In this document: positions 31,917 through 39,500 of the stretch, in pieces
Position numbering within the stretch: the first letter of the stretch is position 1
How the letters are laid out: each line of letters begins with the position of its first letter
Assembly (NCBI GenBank): GCA_042090305.1
Contig: JBELJQ010000001.1
Location: forward strand, 107,967-171,966
From: Pelagibacteraceae bacterium
GTDB lineage: Bacteria; Pseudomonadota; Alphaproteobacteria; Methylaequorales; Methylaequoraceae
DNA length: 64,000 nucleotides
Reading direction: 5' to 3'
Position numbers and translations under genes: made by a program
Notes under the pieces: model-generated
Databases searched by the model: none
What the model saw: the letters and a program-made list of their open reading frames with translations, nothing else
What the model was told of the DNA's origin: nothing

Positions 31917-31953
31917 ATCTGTCTCCTTCCACTCCGATAACAAGTGAAAGAAG

Positions 31954-33360
31954 ATGTATAACGAGGTTTACAAAAACTCAAAAGTAAGAAAATTTTACAA
32001 TCACATATATGATTGGGCTAAATCTTTGCCCGAAAATGTAATTGTTAAAAAAAAAACTGAAGCTGAAAATCTTTTTAAAAAGATAGGTATTACATTTTCT
32101 GTATATAATAACTTTGATTCTTCTGAACGCTTAATTCCATTCGATATGTTTCCAAGAATAATCTCCTCAACAGAATGGAAAAAAATTAAACGAGGGGTTA
32201 TCCAAAGAGCTTTAGCAGTTAATGCCTTTCTGAATGATATTTATAATTCTGGTGAGATTATAAAAGCAAAATTGATACCTGAAAATCTAATTTATAAAAA
32301 CCCTGCATATGAAATTAAAATGGTAGGCTTTAAGGTTCCCAAAAGAATTTACAGTCCAATTATTGGATCTGATATTGTGAGAATTAACGAAAAAATTTTT
32401 AAAGTTCTGGAGGATAATTGTCGCACCCCATCTGGAGTTTCATATATGATTGAAAATAGAGAAATAATGATGAGAATGTTTCCAGAATTATTTGAAAAAT
32501 TAAAAATCGAAACTGTAGAAAACTATCCAAATTATTTGTTAGATGTACTAAAAAGTCTAGCCCCAGAAAAATGTAGTAAAGAACCAAAAGTAGTAATACT
32601 TACACCTGGCTCTTTAAATAGCGCATATTATGAGCATAGTTTTCTAGCTGATCTTATGGGAATTGAATTAGTTCAAGGAAATGATCTTTTCGTTGATGAA
32701 TCTATAACATATATGAAAACAACTAGGGGACCAGAAAAAGTTGATATAATTTACAGAAGAATTGATGATAATTTTATTGATCCAATCACTTTTGATAGTT
32801 CTTCACTTATTGGAATTCCCGGCTTATTTGATTCATACAAGTCTGGTAATGTAAATATTTGCTCTGCTCCAGGTTCAGGTATCGCTGACGATAAAGCAAT
32901 TTATTCTTATATACCTGAAATAATTAAATTTTACTTAGGAGAAGAACCAATACTAGAAAACGTAAAAACTTGGCGATGTTGTGAAGAAGGTGCAAAAAAA
33001 TACGTTCTAAATAATTTAAGTAAATTGGTTGTTAAAGAAGTACATGGCTCTGGTGGTTATGGTTTATTAATTGGGAGTAAATCTTCAAAAAAAGAAATTG
33101 AAATTTTTCGAAAGAAAATTCTCTTAAATCCAGCAAACTATATAGCCCAACCCATACTTGAATTATCCTCGGTACCAATCTTTGATAAAAAAAAATTGTC
33201 TCCAAGACATGTTGATCTTAGACCGTTTTGTTTAGTTGGTGCAAATAAAACAAAATTAGTTGATGGTGGGTTAACAAGGGTTGCTTTAAATCAGGGGTCA
33301 TTAGTGGTTAATTCGTCTCAAGGTGGAGGAGTTAAAGATACATGGATACTAAATGAATAG
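31954..33360 (+). CDS. circularly permuted type-2 ATP-grasp protein (COG2308-like)
   Basis: 468 aa with family-typical blocks (IPFDMFPRII, RVLEDNCRTPSG-like VLEDNCRTPSGVSYM, IYRRIDDNFIDP, APGSGIADDKAIY, VKEVHGSGGYG). It is the first gene of a three-gene operon. Confidence 0.8.
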   Translation: MYNEVYKNSKVRKFYNHIYDWAKSLPENVIVKKKTEAENLFKKIGITFSVYNNFDSSERLIPFDMFPRIISSTEWKKIKRGVIQRALAVNAFLNDIYNSGEIIKAKLIPENLIYKNPAYEIKMVGFKVPKRIYSPIIGSDIVRINEKIFKVLEDNCRTPSGVSYMIENREIMMRMFPELFEKLKIETVENYPNYLLDVLKSLAPEKCSKEPKVVILTPGSLNSAYYEHSFLADLMGIELVQGNDLFVDESITYMKTTRGPEKVDIIYRRIDDNFIDPITFDSSSLIGIPGLFDSYKSGNVNICSAPGSGIADDKAIYSYIPEIIKFYLGEEPILENVKTWRCCEEGAKKYVLNNLSKLVVKEVHGSGGYGLLIGSKSSKKEIEIFRKKILLNPANYIAQPILELSSVPIFDKKKLSPRHVDLRPFCLVGANKTKLVDGGLTRVALNQGSLVVNSSQGGGVKDTWILNE

Positions 33361-33365
33361 TTAAT

Positions 33366-34325
33366 ATGCTAAGTAGAACTGCAGAAAATTTATTTTGGTC
33401 AGCAAGATACATAGAGCGAGCCGATTCATTAGCTAGACTTTTAGAGGTTGGGTACAGAATTTCTTTGATTCCTAATACTGAAAGAGGCTATACAAATGAA
33501 TGGGAATCAATTCTAGAAACTTCGGGAATTAAAAATGAATATTTAAAAAAATATAAAACCATTTCTAAAGAGAAAATTATTTTCTTTCTTCTTTTTGATT
33601 CAGAAAACTCTTCTTCAGTCAAAAATTGTATAAAAACTGCAAGAGAAAATATAAGAATGGTCAGAACTGCTGTTACTTTAGAGGTTTGGAATGCAGTTAA
33701 CTCTTCTTATCATGAGCTAGATAAAAATTTGAAAGATACAAGAAATATCTTAAAAGAATTGCCTGAAATTATTGAATGGATAAAAAAACAGGTGAATTTA
33801 ATTAGAGGCACAATACTTAACACCCAGCTGATCAATGATGGTTATGATTTTTTAATATTAGGAACTTATTTTGAAAGAGCAGATTTTACTGCAAGAATTA
33901 TTAATGTTAAATATTTTATTTTACTTCCAAGTATAAACTATGTCGGAGGTGATATTGATAATTTTCAATGGAGTTTGATGTTGAGGTCAATTTCATCATT
34001 CAGGGCATTTAAATGGGCATATGGAGCACAAGAAATTACATACACTAAAATTATTGATTTTTTAATTCTAAATATGACTTGCCCAAGATCTCTAATTTTT
34101 TCAATAGAAAAAATTAATCATCATTTAGGAAGGCTATCAAAATTTTATAAACAAACTTCTGTTTCAAATAAAAAAATGGGAGTAATGTATAGAAAAATAA
34201 AAAATCTAAATGCTAATAAAATTACAGAAATTGGTTTGCATGAATTTTTAAAATCCTTTATTGAAGAAATAAATATCGTTTATAAAAAATTTGAACAAAA
34301 ATACTTTTTTGGTTCAGAAACATGA
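33366..34325 (+). CDS. alpha-E domain protein (COG2307-like)
   Basis: 319 aa starting MLSRTAENLFWSARYIERADSLARLL, the typical alpha-E N-terminus. It overlaps the next gene by 4 nt. Confidence 0.8.
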   Translation: MLSRTAENLFWSARYIERADSLARLLEVGYRISLIPNTERGYTNEWESILETSGIKNEYLKKYKTISKEKIIFFLLFDSENSSSVKNCIKTARENIRMVRTAVTLEVWNAVNSSYHELDKNLKDTRNILKELPEIIEWIKKQVNLIRGTILNTQLINDGYDFLILGTYFERADFTARIINVKYFILLPSINYVGGDIDNFQWSLMLRSISSFRAFKWAYGAQEITYTKIIDFLILNMTCPRSLIFSIEKINHHLGRLSKFYKQTSVSNKKMGVMYRKIKNLNANKITEIGLHEFLKSFIEEINIVYKKFEQKYFFGSET

Positions 34326-35131
34326 ATATTAAAATCACTCACTCAACAACCTATGAATATAGTTCAACAGTGCCCAGGCTTATTCAGTGTTTAAAACTTT
34401 ATCCATCGGTATGCGATAATCAGGAAATTATAGAATGGAAAACATTCTCAAGTAATGGAAAAATATTAGAGTCACACACTGATGCATTAGGACATAGAAT
34501 ACAAAATATTTTTATTAATAATTTTCGTGGACAACTTAAAATTACTTCTAAAGGAATATTAAAAACAAAAGATTTATCTGGTTTAGTAAAAGGTTTGAAA
34601 GAAAAAGTTAATCCTCTTTGTTTTCTAAGAGAAACAGATTTAACAAAACCATGCAAAAATATTGAGAAAATTTCGGTAAATGCAAAAAAAAATAATAAAA
34701 ACCAAATAGAATTTGCCCATAAGCTTAATTTAATAGTCTCAAACTCTATCAAATACGTAAGTGGATCAACGACAATATCTACTAGTTCAAAGGATGCTTT
34801 GATCCAAAAAAAGGGTGTCTGTCAGGATTTTGCTCATATCCTTATTAGTGCGGCGAGGTTTAATCAACTCCCAGCTAGATATATTAATGGTTTTTTATTA
34901 GAAGAAACGGTTTCAGGTGAACATACTACTCACGCATGGGTAGAAATTTTTATAAATAATTTAGGTTGGGTAGGGTTCGATCCGTCTCATAAAAAGTGTA
35001 TTGATGATAAATATATAAGAATAAGTACCGGCTTTGATTTCGAAGATGCCTCTACAATAAAAGGTGTTAAAAATAATTATAATGGAGATGAATTTTTAGG
35101 CACAAAGGTAGATATAGAGGATTGTCAATAA
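34322..35131 (+). CDS. transglutaminase-like cysteine peptidase family protein
   Basis: 269 aa with a Bact_transglu_N-like start (KITHSTTYEY) and a Cys-His-Asp core (GVCQDFAH, HAWVEIF, GFDPSH). Confidence 0.82.
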   Translation: MNIKITHSTTYEYSSTVPRLIQCLKLYPSVCDNQEIIEWKTFSSNGKILESHTDALGHRIQNIFINNFRGQLKITSKGILKTKDLSGLVKGLKEKVNPLCFLRETDLTKPCKNIEKISVNAKKNNKNQIEFAHKLNLIVSNSIKYVSGSTTISTSSKDALIQKKGVCQDFAHILISAARFNQLPARYINGFLLEETVSGEHTTHAWVEIFINNLGWVGFDPSHKKCIDDKYIRISTGFDFEDASTIKGVKNNYNGDEFLGTKVDIEDCQ

Positions 35132-35280
35132 AGTTTTTTTAATTTTACTGAATGCGTTGACTGAGCAGATTAAGACCTCCACTAACCGTTAGAATTAACC
35201 AACCTACAAATTGAAATTAATAAAATTACTAGGTAATATATATTTATTGCAAAAATTTTTTTTATAATAATATTAATACC

Positions 35281-35787
35281 ATGAAAATTTTTTTTCTGAT
35301 TTTTATTCTATTTTTATCTTTTAATTTAAATGCGTCATGCAATTTTAAAAATTCAACTTCAAATGATGAGGTTTCATATACAATTCAAGAATCTATAAAT
35401 GTTGACGATATTAAAGGTCATGTGATAAGAATTTTCAAAACAGAAACAAATCATGATAAATCTAAAAAAAATTGCGAGGGTTTAAAAATCGTAAAAACAG
35501 ATTTTTTCGGTATTAGTGATTACATCAGTAAAAATGGAAGAGTCACTGGCTATTCAATAGGAATTTATAATGATGGTAGTAAAATTTTCTCTCGTGTTGA
35601 TGGGGTGGCTCAAACTCCAAAGGACACAACCAAAAACGGTATCGTTCATACCACCATTACAATAACGGGAGGGACCGGAGTCTACAAAGGTGTAACCGGT
35701 TATGGTAAGGGAAAAGTTGAATTTAATCCAGATACAGGCTTCTCTGCAGGGAAAACTGAAATTTTTTATACAATAGCTCCAAAATAA
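35281..35787 (+). CDS. secreted small beta-rich protein, unknown function
   Basis: 168 aa with a signal peptide (MKIFFLIFILFLSFNLNAS) and a C-terminal ITGGTGVYKGVTGYGKG motif reminiscent of dirigent/allene-oxide-cyclase-type barrels. Confidence 0.55.
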   Translation: MKIFFLIFILFLSFNLNASCNFKNSTSNDEVSYTIQESINVDDIKGHVIRIFKTETNHDKSKKNCEGLKIVKTDFFGISDYISKNGRVTGYSIGIYNDGSKIFSRVDGVAQTPKDTTKNGIVHTTITITGGTGVYKGVTGYGKGKVEFNPDTGFSAGKTEIFYTIAPK

Positions 35788-35795
35788 TATGGGGC

Positions 35796-35819
35796 GACTG
35801 ATGGGATGGATTTGACTTC
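35796..35819. repeat. tRNA 3'-end-like remnant R0
   Basis: The sequence is GACTGATGGGATGGATTTGACTTC. It shares CTGA...TGGATTTGACT with R1 at 36881-36904. Its reverse complement looks like a T-loop plus acceptor strand. Confidence 0.35.
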
Positions 35820-35946
35820 TAGTAAAAAAAAAGATGGTAGTTGTATTTTAATTAAGAAAATAAAATTTCGAAACCCTAGATTTATATATAATGAATCAAA
35901 TTTATAGCTATTAAAATATCATAACTTTGAAGTAAAAAAAAATGCA

Positions 35947-36843
35947 ATGAAAATCGTAAGTCTTATACCAAGTGCCACTGAAATTATTTTTGCCTTAAAC
36001 CTTTGTGATAATTTAGTTGGAATTTCTCATGAATGCGATTATCCCAAAGAAATTTTAAAACTTCCAAAACTAACAACCAGCAGAATTAAAATAGAACAAT
36101 CATCATTAAAGATCGATTATGACATTAAAAAAATATTAGAGAAAAGTTTATCCGTTTATGAAGTAAAATCTGATTTGCTTAGAAAATTAGATCCAGATGT
36201 AATAATAACACAATCACAGTGCTCAGTTTGTGCAGTTTCTCTAAAAGATGTAGAGGAATGTTTAAGTAAGTTTATAGATAAAAAGCCGCTACTAATTGAT
36301 TTAAAGCCTAATACATTTGATGAAGTACTTAAAGATATAAATCGAGTTGGTGAGACACTAAATAAAAAAGTAGAATCACATATTTTAGTTAACAATATTA
36401 AAAATGAAATAAATAAAATTAAGGCGAAAACTTTGCACTCTAAGATTTCAAATGTTCTTTGTATTGAGTGGATTGAGCCAATTATGACGGCAGGAAATTG
36501 GGTTCCCCAATTGGTAGAATTTGCCGGAGGAAAGAGCGTCTTAGCAAAATCAGGAAAAAATTCTAATTTTATTAAATCTGAACATATAAATTTTAAAGAG
36601 ATTGATATTGTAATTTTTATGCCCTGTGGTTTTGATATAAAAAGGTCAAAAAAAGAAATATCAAAAGCAAACGTTGATTATTTTAGTGATTTAAAAGATA
36701 AAAAAACATTTATAGTAGACGGTAATAAGTACTTCAATAGACCAGGTCCTGACCTTCTTGAAAGTACAAGAATATTAGCGGAGATTATTCATCCTGACAT
36801 TTTTCCAGCAAAACAGAATATTAAAAGATGGGTTTCACTTTAA
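35947..36843 (+). CDS. BtuF/FecB-type (class III) substrate-binding-fold protein without signal peptide
   Basis: 298 aa starting MKIVSLIPSATEIIFALNLCDNLVGISHECDYP, typical of cobalamin- or iron-complex-binding proteins. There is no N-terminal hydrophobic leader. Confidence 0.65.
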   Translation: MKIVSLIPSATEIIFALNLCDNLVGISHECDYPKEILKLPKLTTSRIKIEQSSLKIDYDIKKILEKSLSVYEVKSDLLRKLDPDVIITQSQCSVCAVSLKDVEECLSKFIDKKPLLIDLKPNTFDEVLKDINRVGETLNKKVESHILVNNIKNEINKIKAKTLHSKISNVLCIEWIEPIMTAGNWVPQLVEFAGGKSVLAKSGKNSNFIKSEHINFKEIDIVIFMPCGFDIKRSKKEISKANVDYFSDLKDKKTFIVDGNKYFNRPGPDLLESTRILAEIIHPDIFPAKQNIKRWVSL

Positions 36844-36880
36844 TTGACTAAATTCAGCCTAGAATATTTTTGTAAAAGCA

Positions 36881-36925
36881 GGTTGGCTGAGTGGATTTGA
36901 CTCCCCGGCCTTCCGAATCGCAAAC
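36881..36925. repeat. tRNA 3'-end-like remnant R1
   Basis: The sequence is GGTTGGCTGAGTGGATTTGACTCCCCGG. Its reverse complement reads GGGGAGTCAAATCCACTCAGCCAACC (T-arm-like plus acceptor-like). It shares GG(T/A)TGGCTGAG-TGG with 38309-38323. Confidence 0.4.
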
Positions 36926-36944
36926 TAAATAAAAATTCTATTAT

Positions 36945-37772
36945 TTAATTTTTAATAAGTTTAGATACCTCAACAGTATTTTCCAAAAAAGAAAAATGAG
37001 CTGACTTACTTATTGTTTCAAATTTATCTAATTTTAGCAAATTTTGTGTTTGCAATTTTTCAGATTCTTTAGCCCAATCATGTTTACCATAAAAAAGCTT
37101 AACCGGAACATTTACTTTTTTATATAATTCTCTAATACCCGAATTTTTATTAAATTGTGAAAGTACTTTTCTAAAATGATATACATATCCTTTTTTTCTT
37201 AATGATGTACACAATAAGTTTAAATAACTGTCAGGAAGTTTAGTTTTATCAAAAAAGCCACCATTCATAATATTTTTTAATATAAACTTATTTTCTAAAC
37301 TACAGAAAAGACCACCAACAATTGGAAGGCTTACATGAAATAAAATAAATTTAGCGAAAAAGTTTCCTCTTTGAATACCTTCTCCAAAGAATGAGTCATA
37401 ATCATAAGCATTAAACATAAAAATTTTTTTTACAACTTTAGGTAATTCAATAGATATACTTGCGGCTAGATTTGCACCAATCGACTCACCAGCAATAGTT
37501 AAATTTTTTATTTTTAATTTCTTTATAAAGTTGACTGTAGATTTTGTGAAAAAATTAAGATCATAATTTGTATTAGTATTTATTGGGGAATCACCAAAGC
37601 CTGGTAAATCAATTGAATATACTGTAAATTTATCTTCTAATAATTTCCCAAGTTTATCTGAGTATTCTAGTCTATTTCTGAAAGTATGAAGCAGTAATAT
37701 CGGCATTCCTTTTCCTATTTTTTTAAACCTTATGTAAGTTCCATCGTCTAAATAAAATTTTTCTATTTTCAT
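36945..37772 (-). CDS. alpha/beta hydrolase
   Basis: Contains LLLHTF, the nucleophile elbow GESIGAN and a C-terminal SAHF. The likely start is the Met at 37772 (MKIEKF). Confidence 0.75.
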   Translation of the reverse strand: MKIEKFYLDDGTYIRFKKIGKGMPILLLHTFRNRLEYSDKLGKLLEDKFTVYSIDLPGFGDSPINTNTNYDLNFFTKSTVNFIKKLKIKNLTIAGESIGANLAASISIELPKVVKKIFMFNAYDYDSFFGEGIQRGNFFAKFILFHVSLPIVGGLFCSLENKFILKNIMNGGFFDKTKLPDSYLNLLCTSLRKKGYVYHFRKVLSQFNKNSGIRELYKKVNVPVKLFYGKHDWAKESEKLQTQNLLKLDKFETISKSAHFSFLENTVEVSKLIKN

Positions 37773-37868
37773 TCCAGCTCCTTTTGAACATAAAATGTAT
37801 ATACACGAGCATATACACAATTATATTTACTCTTTTTAAAATATTTGTAAAGTAATATTATAGCTAAT

Positions 37869-38279
37869 ATGAAGAGACTAATTAAAGTAAGAGAATTAGA
37901 ACAATGTGCTTGTTTTAATCTTAGAAAAATGGCAAGAGAAGTAACTAACAGTTATAATTATTCATTAAAGTTATTTGGAATAAATTCAACACAAATACCT
38001 ATTTTAGCACTACTAAATATCTACAATCAGTTAGAAACATCTAAAATAGCAGAATTATTAAATTTAGAACCATCAACTTTAAGACGAAATTCATCCATTC
38101 TAATAAAAAAAAAATTAATTAAGGTCATAAAAAGAGATGTTAACGGAAATTTACTCGCATTAACTACTAATGGGTATGACAAACTTAAGGAAATATTGCC
38201 TACCTGGAAAAAATCTAATCAAAAAGGTAAAAAACTAGTCCGGGACTATCTTCTTGTTCTAAAGGAAATTTCAAAATAG
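37869..38279 (+). CDS. MarR-family transcriptional regulator
   Basis: 136 aa with a winged-helix region (INSTQIPILALLNIYNQLETSKIAELLNLEPSTLRRNSSILIKKKLI). It is divergent from the hydrolase gene. Confidence 0.75.
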   Translation: MKRLIKVRELEQCACFNLRKMAREVTNSYNYSLKLFGINSTQIPILALLNIYNQLETSKIAELLNLEPSTLRRNSSILIKKKLIKVIKRDVNGNLLALTTNGYDKLKEILPTWKKSNQKGKKLVRDYLLVLKEISK

Positions 38280-38308
38280 TTACAAGCAGCAAATTATATT
38301 ATTTAACT

Positions 38309-38383
38309 GGATGGCTGAGGTGGGCGTTAACCCGGGAAATCCTTTACATAAGCCTACACTCTAACCAACCGAGCCACGGCCAC
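38309..38383 (-). pseudogene. degenerate tRNA-like sequence
   Basis: The minus strand reads GTGGCCGTG-GCTCGGTTGGTTAGAGT, a near-canonical acceptor strand plus D-arm. The anticodon and T stems do not pair and there is no CCA. The 3' part resembles R1. Confidence 0.4.
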
Positions 38384-38489
38384 TATTCTTAAAAAATGCT
38401 TTAACATTCATAGGGATATTCTGAGATATTTTAAAAAAGTGTGATAGCAAAAGTTTATTTTTTTAATCAGCTACGTGCAATCAAAGTCA

Positions 38490-38550
38490 ACAGATTTAAA
38501 ATCTGTTGAACTTCAGTTCATGGCTCGTTCGAGTCGGACTAGGACTAGCA
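38490..38550 (+). pseudogene. 3' two-thirds of a tRNA-Leu (anticodon position TAA), lacking a 5' half
   Basis: ACAGA-TTTAAAA-TCTGT TGAACTTCAGTTCA ... TTCGAGTCGGACTAGG aligns with tRNA-Leu 29729-29781. There are about 6 differences over about 52 nt, including a 16-nt identical block. No matching acceptor 5' strand or D-arm lies upstream. Confidence 0.75.
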
Positions 38551-38618
38551 ATTATATTTCTAAGTTTAGTTTCTAGTTTCTATTTAAAAAAGAATTTTAA
38601 TTGTGTAAAATTCTAATA

Positions 38619-39389
38619 ATGAAAAATTATTATCATATTTTAGGTCTTTCATTTGAGTCTAATCCGGAGAAACAACTTATTGATGCTGCATATAAAGCCC
38701 TCGTAAAACTTTATCATCCAGATCTTTACAAGGGCGATAAAAAGTCTCTTAAAAGAAAAATTACTGAGATAAATGAAGCTCATGAAATATTATCCGATAA
38801 ATTAAAAAGAGAAAACTTTGATCTTAAACTAAAAAAGTTTAAACAAGAAAAATCATTTGATTTTTTTGATGATGAGTTTGAAGACAAAGATTTATTTAAT
38901 AGCAAATATATAGACGAGGATTGGGAAATAGCTTTACTTGTATATCCTGAGTTAGAAAAAGTAAAAGATAATTTATCTAAATACAGTCAAAAATTAAGTT
39001 TTCAATTTCAATTTTACTTACTGGAGACTAAAGAATTCAACAAAATTGAGGCAATTTCACATAAATTCATTGACGCATTTCTTGAAAGAAAGTTTGGAAC
39101 ATCATATGAAATAAAAACTTTATCTAAAATACTAATTGAAAAAGATTTGAAGAAAAATGCTAAATATCTAAATAAATTAATTAAAGTACTAGGTTCAAAA
39201 AGTGAAAGAAGAATAATTAAAACATTTTTTCGACAATTCCCAGATTTAGATGAATTGATATCAAAAGAAACACAACTAAGTATTAACCAGACTGTTTCTG
39301 ACAACTATTTTGATAAAAATCAAAATATAATTGTTATTTTTTTAGTATTATTTCTAATTATCTTTTTATTTATTATTGCAAAAAATTAA
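38619..39389 (+). CDS. J-domain (DnaJ-like) protein with C-terminal membrane anchor
   Basis: Contains NYYHILGLSFES...LVKLYHPDLYKGD (HPD motif) and a C-terminal TM segment IIVIFLVLFLIIFLFIIA. The ATG at 38619 is preferred. Confidence 0.75.
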   Translation: MKNYYHILGLSFESNPEKQLIDAAYKALVKLYHPDLYKGDKKSLKRKITEINEAHEILSDKLKRENFDLKLKKFKQEKSFDFFDDEFEDKDLFNSKYIDEDWEIALLVYPELEKVKDNLSKYSQKLSFQFQFYLLETKEFNKIEAISHKFIDAFLERKFGTSYEIKTLSKILIEKDLKKNAKYLNKLIKVLGSKSERRIIKTFFRQFPDLDELISKETQLSINQTVSDNYFDKNQNIIVIFLVLFLIIFLFIIAKN

Positions 39390-39451
39390 GATATTTTTAC
39401 TGATATACTTCTATGACGGGATTGTTAGAGCAAAACATATCAAGCTTAGGT

Positions 39452-39483
39452 AGATTTTGTTAAAGTCAGACACCACTAGGGGG
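39452..39483 (+). repeat. possible further decayed tRNA-Leu 3' remnant
   Basis: AGATTTTGTTAAAGTCAGACACCACTAGGGGG can be aligned, with gaps, to the anticodon stem, variable arm and acceptor end (ACTAGGGG) of the tRNA-Leu. The match is weak. Confidence 0.25.
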
Positions 39484-39500
39484 CTATAAAAATTCCTTAG

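Noticed and set aside
31775-31945. Possible two-piece (permuted) alphaproteobacterial tmRNA on the minus strand
   Set aside because: T-arm-like GGTTCAAATCC and an ...ACCA motif are present. However, I could not find a G-U-containing 7-bp acceptor stem, a resume codon with a tag ORF, or pseudoknots, and the CCA-bearing arm forms an 11-bp rather than a tRNA-like helix. It is kept only as an inverted repeat.
35150-35200. tRNA-like fragment (GAGCAGATTAAGACCTCCACTAACCG)
   Set aside because: It has only loose resemblance to a Leu anticodon arm and to the remnant at 39467-39483. The matches are too short and gapped to distinguish from chance.
35788-35946. Cobalamin riboswitch upstream of the BtuF-like gene (also considered upstream of ecm at 22174-22292 and of the receptor at 61313-61539)
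   Set aside because: The spacers are short and extremely AT-rich. I could not find a B12-box-like GC-rich core or the multi-helix architecture. This would need an Infernal scan to exclude formally.
38309-38383. Functional minus-strand tRNA gene
   Set aside because: The D-arm is good, but the anticodon stem (TAGGC...AAGGA) and T stem cannot pair, the acceptor strands need a 4-nt insertion to match, and no CCA or discriminator context is present. It is called a pseudogene or remnant instead.
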